Shown: piece after piece, positions 21,620 to 29,513 of the stretch
Numbering within the stretch: the stretch's first letter is position 1
Layout of the letters: each line of letters begins with the position of its first letter
From: an uncultured Bdellovibrionales bacterium
Lineage (GTDB): Bacteria > Patescibacteriota > Minisyncoccia > Moranbacterales > UBA1568
Length of the DNA stretch: 64,000 nt
NCBI GenBank assembly: GCA_964543815.1
Contig: CAZIZG010000007.1
Span: 2,781 to 66,780, forward strand
Direction: 5' to 3'
The notes under the pieces: model-generated
Databases searched by the model: none
What the model was told of the DNA's origin: nothing
Seen by the model: the letters and a program-made list of their open reading frames with translations, nothing else
Program-made: the position numbers and the translations under genes

Positions 21620-21868
21620 ATGGAAAAGCTGAATCCCTATCTGCTCTTCGCCATCATCATTGGCGGCTTCGGCTTCCTGTGGCTTTGCTGGCGCCTGTGG
21701 CGACAAGAGACCCCCAAGTGCCGCTGCGGCTCCGCAGGCCGGCTGGTGATGACCCACGAGTCCGGTCAGCGAACCATCCACACCTACCACTGCCGTGCGA
21801 ACTGCGGCAACGTCTGGGAGGTCACGGACCGGAGCTTCGAAGAGCGGCGAGTGAACAGCTGCAACTGA
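21620..21868 (+). CDS. Small membrane-anchored zinc-ribbon protein (82 aa), GC-rich
   Basis: SD GAAGGAG lies 6 nt upstream. One TM followed by CRCG...(x19)...CRANC. Same architecture as the upstream ORF. Confidence 0.6.
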   Translation: MEKLNPYLLFAIIIGGFGFLWLCWRLWRQETPKCRCGSAGRLVMTHESGQRTIHTYHCRANCGNVWEVTDRSFEERRVNSCN

Positions 21869-21876
21869 AAACAACC

Positions 21877-21909
21877 AAGCGCGAACGGTAACACCGGCCG
21901 CGCTTTTTT
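21877..21909 (+). terminator. Intrinsic terminator
   Basis: aagcgcg...cgcgctt stem with an inner cggt/accg helix, then UUUUUU. Confidence 0.55.
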
Positions 21910-21920
21910 CATACCGAAAA

Positions 21921-23039
21921 TTACGCTTCGGAGCGGAGCTGCTCCATAAGGCGCATATAGAAACGAAGATTGTGTTCGGAAGCGAGTCGGAGAGCGAGCG
22001 GTTCACTCACTTTCAAAAGGTGTTTGAGATAGGCCCGCGTATAGCGAGTACACAGCGTACAGTCACAGGTCAGGTCAACGGGGGTGAAATCACGCTCGAA
22101 CTGCTCATTTTTAATATTAATCGTTTCGTAAAAATCTTCAGAGAGATCAGCCACTTTGTTTTTCCAAATGAAAAGGCGTCCGTGTCTTCCTTCCCGAGTC
22201 GGAATGACACAGTCAAACATATCCCAACCCAACCGATGGAAACGAACGATATCTTCAGGTGTTCCCACACCAAGTGCAAAGCGGATACTGTCCTCTGGAA
22301 GATAGGTCGGAATAGCAGCCACAACGTCTTCGAGAAAGGTACCGTCGGTATCAATATGCCGACCACCAAGACCATAGCCATCAAATCTGATAGCAACCAG
22401 GCCTTCGGCGCACCGTTTGCGTTCCGAGAGCATCTTGCCACCCTGAACTACCCCAAAGATGAGTGGTCGTGTTTCGTCGGTCAATCCTCGCTCTGTTACT
22501 TGTCGGTCATATTCATCACGACAACGCCGAGCCCAACGGAGCGTCCGATCGACCGCCGCCATAATATCAGCCTCTGACGCATCGTTCGGCCGCGGATCGT
22601 CGAGACACACCATCATGTCTACCCCGAGATCAAATTGCACCTGAATGGATTGCTCCGGAGTAAGAAGATGCTTGGAACCATCGAGCACTGAACGGAATTC
22701 TGCTCCCTCTTCAGTAATACGCCCGAGCTCTGGATTCTTATGAATGAGCGAATAAACTTGATAACCACCAGAGTCGGAAAGAACTGGATGCGGCCAGTCC
22801 ATAAAAGCATGGATACCGCCAGCGGCTCGGATAAGCGCTTCGCCCGGCTGAAGAAAGAGGTGATACGTGTTCACTACTAAGGCTTCGATACCAACCTGCT
22901 TCAAATCCGCCGGAGTCAAACCACGTACTGTGGCACGTGTCGCGTCCGGCATAAAAAAGGGAGTAACGAGACTCCCTTTTCTGGTTTGTATCTCACCCCT
23001 CCGACAAAGTCCCGTAACCTGAAGTGAGTTCCATGGCAT
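21921..23039 (-). CDS. tgt: Queuine tRNA-ribosyltransferase
   Basis: TIM-barrel Tgt blocks (LVTPFFMPDATRATV, DGYGLGG) and the zinc site CDCTLC...H. The likely start is the internal Met, not the track start at 23084. Confidence 0.93.
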   Translation of the reverse strand: MPWNSLQVTGLCRRGEIQTRKGSLVTPFFMPDATRATVRGLTPADLKQVGIEALVVNTYHLFLQPGEALIRAAGGIHAFMDWPHPVLSDSGGYQVYSLIHKNPELGRITEEGAEFRSVLDGSKHLLTPEQSIQVQFDLGVDMMVCLDDPRPNDASEADIMAAVDRTLRWARRCRDEYDRQVTERGLTDETRPLIFGVVQGGKMLSERKRCAEGLVAIRFDGYGLGGRHIDTDGTFLEDVVAAIPTYLPEDSIRFALGVGTPEDIVRFHRLGWDMFDCVIPTREGRHGRLFIWKNKVADLSEDFYETINIKNEQFERDFTPVDLTCDCTLCTRYTRAYLKHLLKVSEPLALRLASEHNLRFYMRLMEQLRSEA

Positions 23040-23049
23040 ATGGTAGAAA

Positions 23050-25014
23050 TTATGGATTGGCAGCTCGTACTCGGTAATTACCACTCCCTATCGAGCTGTC
23101 CTCAGTCAGAGTACTCGTTTTACGACTTTTTTCAAGTCGGACATTGGCACCGGTAAAACTATCTTGTCCGGTAAAAATAGCCGAACTTACGAGCGTCACC
23201 TCCGTATCGAAAGCATTTTCCTCAGGCGTCACTCCCATCTGGAAAACTATTTCTCTTCGCTCTCCGGCCGCAAATGTTCCCATATCCCATATCAATTCAT
23301 TGGCCCGCTCGTTCAGGAGAATTTTTTCACTATCTGGTTTTTTCTGACCAGTAAACCGGTTACCCGTAGGAAGAAGGATGCTGACTCGGGCGTTCCGAAC
23401 ATCATTGGTCGTATTAGCCAGTGACAGATGAAACGTATACGTAGTCTCCTGACCAATGACTGGAGGGATGGGACCAGTATTGGGTATCGCCGTATCTTGA
23501 TAGTAGCCAAGCAATTCACCGGTTACTCGGGAATTGATTTTTACATCGAGTGTATTACTTGCCACTACCTTAGTGAAGCCAACGATAGCCGGGATATCAG
23601 GACTATCAATCTTGGCTACTGAACGGATGAGCGGTGTCCGAACAACCGAACCTCGCTTATCCAAGTCAGCATACGTTTTGATGGTAAAAGATACCTTGCC
23701 TGATTGTCCGGGCTCAACCCGAGAAAGTGCCGGGAGATCAGAGGCTTTCCATAGAATAGCCTTGCGTGACTGCAAATAGGCACCCTTGGTTGTCTCGCTA
23801 TTAAACACGAGTGTACTGAAATCGAGGTAGGAAGAATCGATATCCATCGAAATAATAGCGTCTCGAATACCCACATTACCATCATTCCGGTATTCAATGA
23901 CATACTGCAGGGCATCGCCTGGATTGGCATACACATCGTTTGACCTGGTATTGACGGTTTGATGAATTGAAAACGGCGAAGCGACGATGCGTGTCTTACG
24001 ACTGTTTTCTCCATATGGAACGAATACTCCGTCACCCTGAAAAACCCCGATGCCACCATGAACTGATTTCTGTTCGTCACGAGCGCCAGAAATCCTCCCG
24101 CGAATCGTGAGTGTGCCACTCTGATGCGCCGCCAAATCCCCTACTGACCAAACAGTATTGCCATCGGATGGCTTTGGATCGGCATCAGTAAAAATAAAAT
24201 CCGTTGGAAAATCCATTTTAATCTTGAGATTTGAAAACGAAATATCTCCAGGATTGACATAGCGAATATCATACTGGACCTCCTGATCCGAAGCACGCTC
24301 AAGCGGAGCATCAATTTCAAAATTAAGCGGCGAAGAAACAATTGTCATCATCCGCTCCGTGCGTTTCTCGAACGTAGTAGTGATAGTACTCGGAGTATAG
24401 CGAAGCGTTGCAGCAATTTTCATCTGCTGTCCCTTGGACCCATAAAATTTACCCGTGAGCGACACCTTACCATGCCCCTGTGAAGCAATTTCTCCCAGGG
24501 GAAGTTCCGCTCGAGAAGTTTTGATACTTAACTTGGCAGCTGGTTCCGGATGAAAGGCTTCAGGGTACTCAAAAATAACCACTGTATCGCGAAGACTCAT
24601 CCAATTAGCATTGGCATACTCAAAATCATACGTCACCAATTCAGCGCTTCCCACCTCACCCGATCCAGCCAAGTTAACCGTAATGTTTTCTTCTGAAAAC
24701 AATCCTGACCGCAACTTCATCACGATGCCACCAATAAGGAGCATACAGGCTACGCTCCCCAAGGCCCATGCCAAAAGCGTACGACGTCTTTTGGTGTGAT
24801 CATCCGGCAACAGTACCGCTTTCACTGGCGCTGGTAAAGTTACTTCCACCTTTGGGGGCAACGATCCCTCATTCCAACGTTCGGTCTTTTGAAACTGAGA
24901 GACCTGGTCAGGATTGACCGATGTCCCTCCTGGTTGGTACGTATCTGTGGAACGTGTCCGGTCGGCGTGAAAATCACGGCCGTGCAATTGATCGTTCAAT
25001 TCGTCAAGTGGCAT
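23050..25014 (-). CDS. Single-pass surface protein with DUF11-like beta-sandwich repeats
   Basis: 654 aa: a cytoplasmic ~90-aa N-terminus, one TM (LLAWALGSVACMLLIGGIV), then a large extracytoplasmic region with repeats resembling DUF11 (e.g. YVIEYRNDGNVGIRDAII). Confidence 0.6.
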   Translation of the reverse strand: MPLDELNDQLHGRDFHADRTRSTDTYQPGGTSVNPDQVSQFQKTERWNEGSLPPKVEVTLPAPVKAVLLPDDHTKRRRTLLAWALGSVACMLLIGGIVMKLRSGLFSEENITVNLAGSGEVGSAELVTYDFEYANANWMSLRDTVVIFEYPEAFHPEPAAKLSIKTSRAELPLGEIASQGHGKVSLTGKFYGSKGQQMKIAATLRYTPSTITTTFEKRTERMMTIVSSPLNFEIDAPLERASDQEVQYDIRYVNPGDISFSNLKIKMDFPTDFIFTDADPKPSDGNTVWSVGDLAAHQSGTLTIRGRISGARDEQKSVHGGIGVFQGDGVFVPYGENSRKTRIVASPFSIHQTVNTRSNDVYANPGDALQYVIEYRNDGNVGIRDAIISMDIDSSYLDFSTLVFNSETTKGAYLQSRKAILWKASDLPALSRVEPGQSGKVSFTIKTYADLDKRGSVVRTPLIRSVAKIDSPDIPAIVGFTKVVASNTLDVKINSRVTGELLGYYQDTAIPNTGPIPPVIGQETTYTFHLSLANTTNDVRNARVSILLPTGNRFTGQKKPDSEKILLNERANELIWDMGTFAAGERREIVFQMGVTPEENAFDTEVTLVSSAIFTGQDSFTGANVRLEKSRKTSTLTEDSSIGSGNYRVRAANP

Positions 25015-25174
25015 AGGTTTATTTTTTCACCCTGTGGTCATTCAAGGCTGCTAACCTTAAGTAAACATGGACTAAGTTTCGTTTTTATTTTATCACTTTT
25101 TATCCGGCTAAGAAACCAACTTGTACGTTCTATTTCTATTGCACAGGGTAAATAACAAAAACCACCTCCCCTCG

Positions 25175-25909
25175 CTAAGCCTCAATCCAGTGATAGAATC
25201 GAGTTGCTAGCTGCCGCGCCTCACGCACATCCCGTTCCGATACAGCAACCTTCGGTAAAGCCTCTAGTTTATTCCCCAAAAAAATTCTGATTAGCTTTAT
25301 TACACTTTCACTGACTGGAAGCGATCCATGGGTCGTATCAGCATGAACGCCACGGAGCATCCCCCCAGCACTCGGGCTAAAAAAATGCCGCTCACCTGCC
25401 GCTAATTTTTCTCCAGAAATCACACATACACTCGTCTCGATCTCATAACCCAGATGGGCGAACAATTGAAATAAAAATCCTTCCGAAAGTAGTAGCACCT
25501 TGTCTTTTTTCTTTTCAGATGCGAGGACATTGGCAATATCAAGATACTTTGAAAGTAGGGAAAAAAGCGCTCGGTCCTCTTCTTCCCATCCCACTAAGCG
25601 CTCAAAAATCCCTACTGTTTCAAGGACGCGCTTGTAAATATCAAAATCATCTCGAAGAAAGAGGTAGCTTTTCTCTGCCACCGCCCCAGCGATCTTTCCA
25701 GCCCCTCGACCCTTCACGATAATAACAAGTCCCTGTGTAAGAGTCTCAAGCTGACCAGCGAGCTTGGCCTCTGGCTTACGCACACCTTTAGCCACGAGCT
25801 GAAGCTTGCCGACACTTTCCGTATAAAGCGTGTAAAGCCGGTCAGTTTCTCCAACTTCTTTTTTTTTCAGAACAATCGCTACCACTCTGTTTTCACCGTG
25901 TGTCATCAT
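25175..25909 (-). CDS. recO: DNA repair protein RecO
   Basis: N-terminal OB fold (AIVLKKKEVGETDRLYTLYTESVGKL) and RecO-like length. The start was moved to the internal Met to avoid overlap with the upstream gene. Confidence 0.8.
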   Translation of the reverse strand: MMTHGENRVVAIVLKKKEVGETDRLYTLYTESVGKLQLVAKGVRKPEAKLAGQLETLTQGLVIIVKGRGAGKIAGAVAEKSYLFLRDDFDIYKRVLETVGIFERLVGWEEEDRALFSLLSKYLDIANVLASEKKKDKVLLLSEGFLFQLFAHLGYEIETSVCVISGEKLAAGERHFFSPSAGGMLRGVHADTTHGSLPVSESVIKLIRIFLGNKLEALPKVAVSERDVREARQLATRFYHWIEA

Positions 25910-25922
25910 GCTGTCAAAAAAA

Positions 25923-27476
25923 TCATTGTCCGTATACAATCCGCTCCCCTGGCTGCAACCCAGACAAAATCTCTACCTGATTATCACGCTCTACACCAGA
26001 TTCAATCACCCGCTCTTGTCGTCCGCTACTCGTCATCACGGTCACTGTTCGACGACCATCAAGCTCGTGGATGGCTCCTTTGGGAATTCGTACCATGTTA
26101 GCATCGGTATTCGTTTCCACAATAACGTCTCCGGTCATCCCTGTGCGAATTTTTTCGGATGTTTGATTAAGCGAAGTCCGAATGCGAAAATATGTACTCC
26201 CCTCCTTTTCAACCTCCTGCGATTGGATATCCGTCACGGCACCAGTGATATCCTCGTACGGATACGCGTTGAGTCGCATGATAACCTGGTTCCCTATCAT
26301 AATACCAGCAATCTTTTCCTCCGGAATATCTAGTTCAATTTCAAGCTCAGGGCTAGCTGCCAACACCACCGGTGCGCCAGCCTCCACGTGCTCTCCCGGC
26401 TGTGGCAAAATTTTCTTGATAAGAAGATTCTTGAGAGGTGTCACTAGAGTCGTTTGTTTCAGTTTTTCTGAAGCGATATCCATCTCGCTCCGAGCTGCGA
26501 CCGCCGCACTGAGCGCCGCCTCGATATCCTGACGAGCTGTGCCAGCCAATCGAGCATTGAGCTCTCCTTGAGCCACAGAAAGATCGCGATTGGCCACTTT
26601 ATAAGCGGTTTCATGAGAACTGAGCGCTACAGTCGCTTCAGCGACAGCACTGCGAGCATCCGATACCGATGCCTTCCACGTATCAATCGTCTCTTGCGTG
26701 ATGGCCCCCGCTGTTAGGGCATTGACTCCGAGCGCCACCTGATCGAGATACTCACGTACTTTTTTTAACTTGCTACGCGCATCGTCGAGATACTTGGTAA
26801 CATTACCCGTCGTCTTCATTTTTCCAACATCATCCTTCCAATCACCAATGATATCCCTCATCGAAACACGCCCTGATTCAATACGGCTTTCCAGAGAAGC
26901 GTCACTCGGAGTAAAGGAAAGTTGAGGATTGGTCTCTGGATTGGTGAAAATAACATCCGTCTTGTTACGAATAGCATCATCCGACTGAACATAGGCACTA
27001 GTGATAGTGTCGATGGCTTCTTTCTTTGTTCCCTTGAGGCTACTATCCGAACTCTGTTTCTTCTGTTGCATGACAAGCAATTCTTCGAAGCGAGCACCCT
27101 GTTCAAGCTTATTCACAATAGCCTGTTGTGCATTATACTGCGCCTCCGCTTTTTTCCGCTCGAGCTCCCACTGGGTTGAATCAAGCTGCACCAGTGGCTG
27201 GCCGCTTTCCGAAAAACTCTGACCAGCAGAAGCAAGTACAGCTGTCACCCTGCCAGAAAAAGGAAATGAGAGATCGTACTGTTCACGAGAAACAATCTTG
27301 CCATTGCTGACCCGAACAGAAGGGTGCCCCTTTTCATAGTTCACCACAAACGTTCCCGCCGTATCATCAATCTGGAAAGAAAACCAAGATAAGCTTTGCG
27401 GCCACAGATAAAACCAAACGGCTACAATGCCGGCAAAGAGGACCGCGATTCCAAGGGCGATGGTAGAAATCTTCAT
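25923..27476 (-). CDS. HlyD-family periplasmic adaptor (membrane fusion protein)
   Basis: N-terminal TM, long coiled-coil hairpin, C-terminal beta-barrel; 517 aa. Confidence 0.8.
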   Translation of the reverse strand: MKISTIALGIAVLFAGIVAVWFYLWPQSLSWFSFQIDDTAGTFVVNYEKGHPSVRVSNGKIVSREQYDLSFPFSGRVTAVLASAGQSFSESGQPLVQLDSTQWELERKKAEAQYNAQQAIVNKLEQGARFEELLVMQQKKQSSDSSLKGTKKEAIDTITSAYVQSDDAIRNKTDVIFTNPETNPQLSFTPSDASLESRIESGRVSMRDIIGDWKDDVGKMKTTGNVTKYLDDARSKLKKVREYLDQVALGVNALTAGAITQETIDTWKASVSDARSAVAEATVALSSHETAYKVANRDLSVAQGELNARLAGTARQDIEAALSAAVAARSEMDIASEKLKQTTLVTPLKNLLIKKILPQPGEHVEAGAPVVLAASPELEIELDIPEEKIAGIMIGNQVIMRLNAYPYEDITGAVTDIQSQEVEKEGSTYFRIRTSLNQTSEKIRTGMTGDVIVETNTDANMVRIPKGAIHELDGRRTVTVMTSSGRQERVIESGVERDNQVEILSGLQPGERIVYGQ

Positions 27477-27485
27477 ATCTTTCTA

Positions 27486-28250
27486 TTATACCACTGCCTG
27501 ACCTCGGCTTCCGTGTTCTATCCGTATCACCTTGCCATCAGCCATATATATCTGACGAGTCGCCTTGGCGGCCTCGTCCGGTTCGTGCGTCACAAGTACA
27601 ATAGTCTTACCAAAACGCTGATTGACCTGAGTGAGAAGATTCATAACATGCCGAGAGTTCTCCGTATCAAGATGGGCCGTCGGTTCATCAGCCAAAATGA
27701 GCACTGAGTCCTTGGCTACTGCTCGTCCAATAGCGATACGCTGTTGTTCTCCTCCCGAAAGCTGACGCGGCAAAAGATGCGCTCGTTCCTCTAGTCCCAG
27801 AAAGGAAAAAATCTCAGCCGTCTTTTTTCTGGATACCGCCTCACTGTGACCCTGGAGTCTGAGTTGGAGCATGATATTTTCTTCCGCTGTGTAACTTTCA
27901 ATTAAATTAAAAAATTGAAATATAAAACCAAAAGAACGAAGACGAAGTTTGGTACGCTCACGTTCTGTCAGAAGAGAAACATCGCGACCTTGAAACACTA
28001 TCTTCCCTTGCGTCGGTTCATCAAGGAGTCCAATCATATTAAGGAGCGTACTCTTGCCCGACCCAGAGTGTCCGGTAATAGCCACAAACTCGCCCGAAAG
28101 GATATCGATATCTACTCCGTTTAAGGCTGCTACCGGCATCCGATCTCCCACCTGATACTCACGCACCAACCCGCGTATCTGAAGAAGAGCCGACTGCGTA
28201 TCGGTACGGGCATTATTTGTCTGAATGAGCGTCGGTATAATGTTACCCAT
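27486..28250 (-). CDS. ABC transporter ATP-binding protein (MacB/LolD type)
   Basis: Walker A GHSGSGKST, signature LSGGEQQR, Walker B ILADEPT. Start placed at the internal Met downstream of the permease stop. Confidence 0.9.
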   Translation of the reverse strand: MGNIIPTLIQTNNARTDTQSALLQIRGLVREYQVGDRMPVAALNGVDIDILSGEFVAITGHSGSGKSTLLNMIGLLDEPTQGKIVFQGRDVSLLTERERTKLRLRSFGFIFQFFNLIESYTAEENIMLQLRLQGHSEAVSRKKTAEIFSFLGLEERAHLLPRQLSGGEQQRIAIGRAVAKDSVLILADEPTAHLDTENSRHVMNLLTQVNQRFGKTIVLVTHEPDEAAKATRQIYMADGKVIRIEHGSRGQAVV

Positions 28251-28254
28251 AGTA

Positions 28255-29445
28255 TTAGGTTGTTCCTCGCATATCATCGATAATTTTTGCTCGCGCTGCC
28301 ACCCAGGCCGGAGACAATGCCCCAATAAGAGACGCAAGAAAAACCGTCAGAGCTGTTTGGAGAATAATACCCGGTGTCTGATAAAGCCGAAAATCACCAA
28401 TGAGGAGTGGAATAGGATTCGTCCCTGACCACAGCCAAGCAAACAGAAACAGGATGGACCCAAGACAGGTCCCGATAACCGCGTAAAGAAAAGCCTGGGT
28501 GATATAGGCGAGAACAATAAATCCATTCGATGCTCCCATCGATTTCAAGATACCAATTTGGCGACGCTTCTGATTGACATCAATCGAGATAATAATGCTG
28601 ATGACCAAGAAAATAGTCATGACCAACAAATCACGAATAGAGAGGGTAATGAACGTTACCGCCTCCATGATATCTCTCACGTACTGTGACTCTTCCTCCC
28701 AGGTTCGTGCTACGGCCGTCGGGAATTCGTTTTGCAGAGCTTGGCGTACCACCACCGGATCCTCTCCGGGGCGCAGCTTCACTACCATCTGGGCATTGCG
28801 ACCGCTACCATCCATTTTCTCCAAATCACCCTTTTGCATATAGAGAATCCAATTGGGCGAAAAATTTTTGGCATCAAGAATTCCTCTCACCTTCATCGAA
28901 CGATAGGTTCCATCGGGAGCGAGTATACTCACCATCTCCCCGACGTGGATTATCTGACCATCATCCTCAATACCCACTAAATCATCAGCCAATCCTTTCC
29001 CAAGGAGCACTTCGTCAGTACTGTGGTTGTCAGAAAAAAACTGGCCTTCGATGACCTTGCTCTCAAGCCACGTCACACGTCTGTCATCGGCCGTCGCGAT
29101 ACCAATCGTTCGAAAGGGAATTGACTTCTTTTCACCGAAGCGCACAATCGTTTGGCTGTGACTGCGGGTGGCAAAGGCCTCGACTGCCGTCATTGAGAGG
29201 AGCTTCTTTTCAATTTCATCGCTCAGGCGGATGCTCGCATCGCCACCGCGGGGCGAAATGACCACATCTCCGATCCAGCCCCGCTCCCCCTCCACCAGCA
29301 TGGTTCGAAACCCCTCGAGCACGCCGAGGGTAAGAAGGATAGCTGCTGAAGCGGCAGCAAGCACGGTCAAGATAAGGACGAGAAGCGTTTTGCTCCGTAC
29401 CGTATCGCGGAAAACATACGAGAGAAAGGGCGAAAGTAAGCCCAT
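28255..29445 (-). CDS. ABC transporter permease, FtsX/MacB type
   Basis: 396 aa: N-terminal TM, large periplasmic domain, C-terminal 3-TM FtsX-like bundle. Confidence 0.85.
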   Translation of the reverse strand: MGLLSPFLSYVFRDTVRSKTLLVLILTVLAAASAAILLTLGVLEGFRTMLVEGERGWIGDVVISPRGGDASIRLSDEIEKKLLSMTAVEAFATRSHSQTIVRFGEKKSIPFRTIGIATADDRRVTWLESKVIEGQFFSDNHSTDEVLLGKGLADDLVGIEDDGQIIHVGEMVSILAPDGTYRSMKVRGILDAKNFSPNWILYMQKGDLEKMDGSGRNAQMVVKLRPGEDPVVVRQALQNEFPTAVARTWEEESQYVRDIMEAVTFITLSIRDLLVMTIFLVISIIISIDVNQKRRQIGILKSMGASNGFIVLAYITQAFLYAVIGTCLGSILFLFAWLWSGTNPIPLLIGDFRLYQTPGIILQTALTVFLASLIGALSPAWVAARAKIIDDMRGTT

Positions 29446-29513
29446 AGAGAGAATAGAGAGTCAGTCTCTCTATTATATCGGTTCCCGACGAGAATCGGAA
29501 ATAATTATCATCA

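Noticed and set aside
21364-22006. Minus-strand ORFs (85 and 164 aa) across the GC-rich islet
   Set aside because: Open frames are expected by chance in ~60% GC DNA. The plus-strand ORFs have a promoter, SD and terminator, while these have none.
21972-22577. 201-aa plus-strand ORF, and a 123-aa minus-strand ORF at 22070-22441
   Set aside because: Both lie inside tgt. They are the wrong strand or out of frame relative to a strongly supported gene.
25033-25150. 8-bp inverted repeat (accctgtg ... cacagggt) flanking about 100 nt between recO and the DUF11 gene, considered as a possible MITE
   Set aside because: Too short to be significant alone. There are no target-site duplications or internal features, so it is likely chance.
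29459-29479. Hairpin atagagag-tcag-tctctctat downstream of ileS, considered as a terminator
   Set aside because: There is no clear U-tract on the minus strand after the stem. It may simply be a low-complexity AG/CT run in the permease promoter region.
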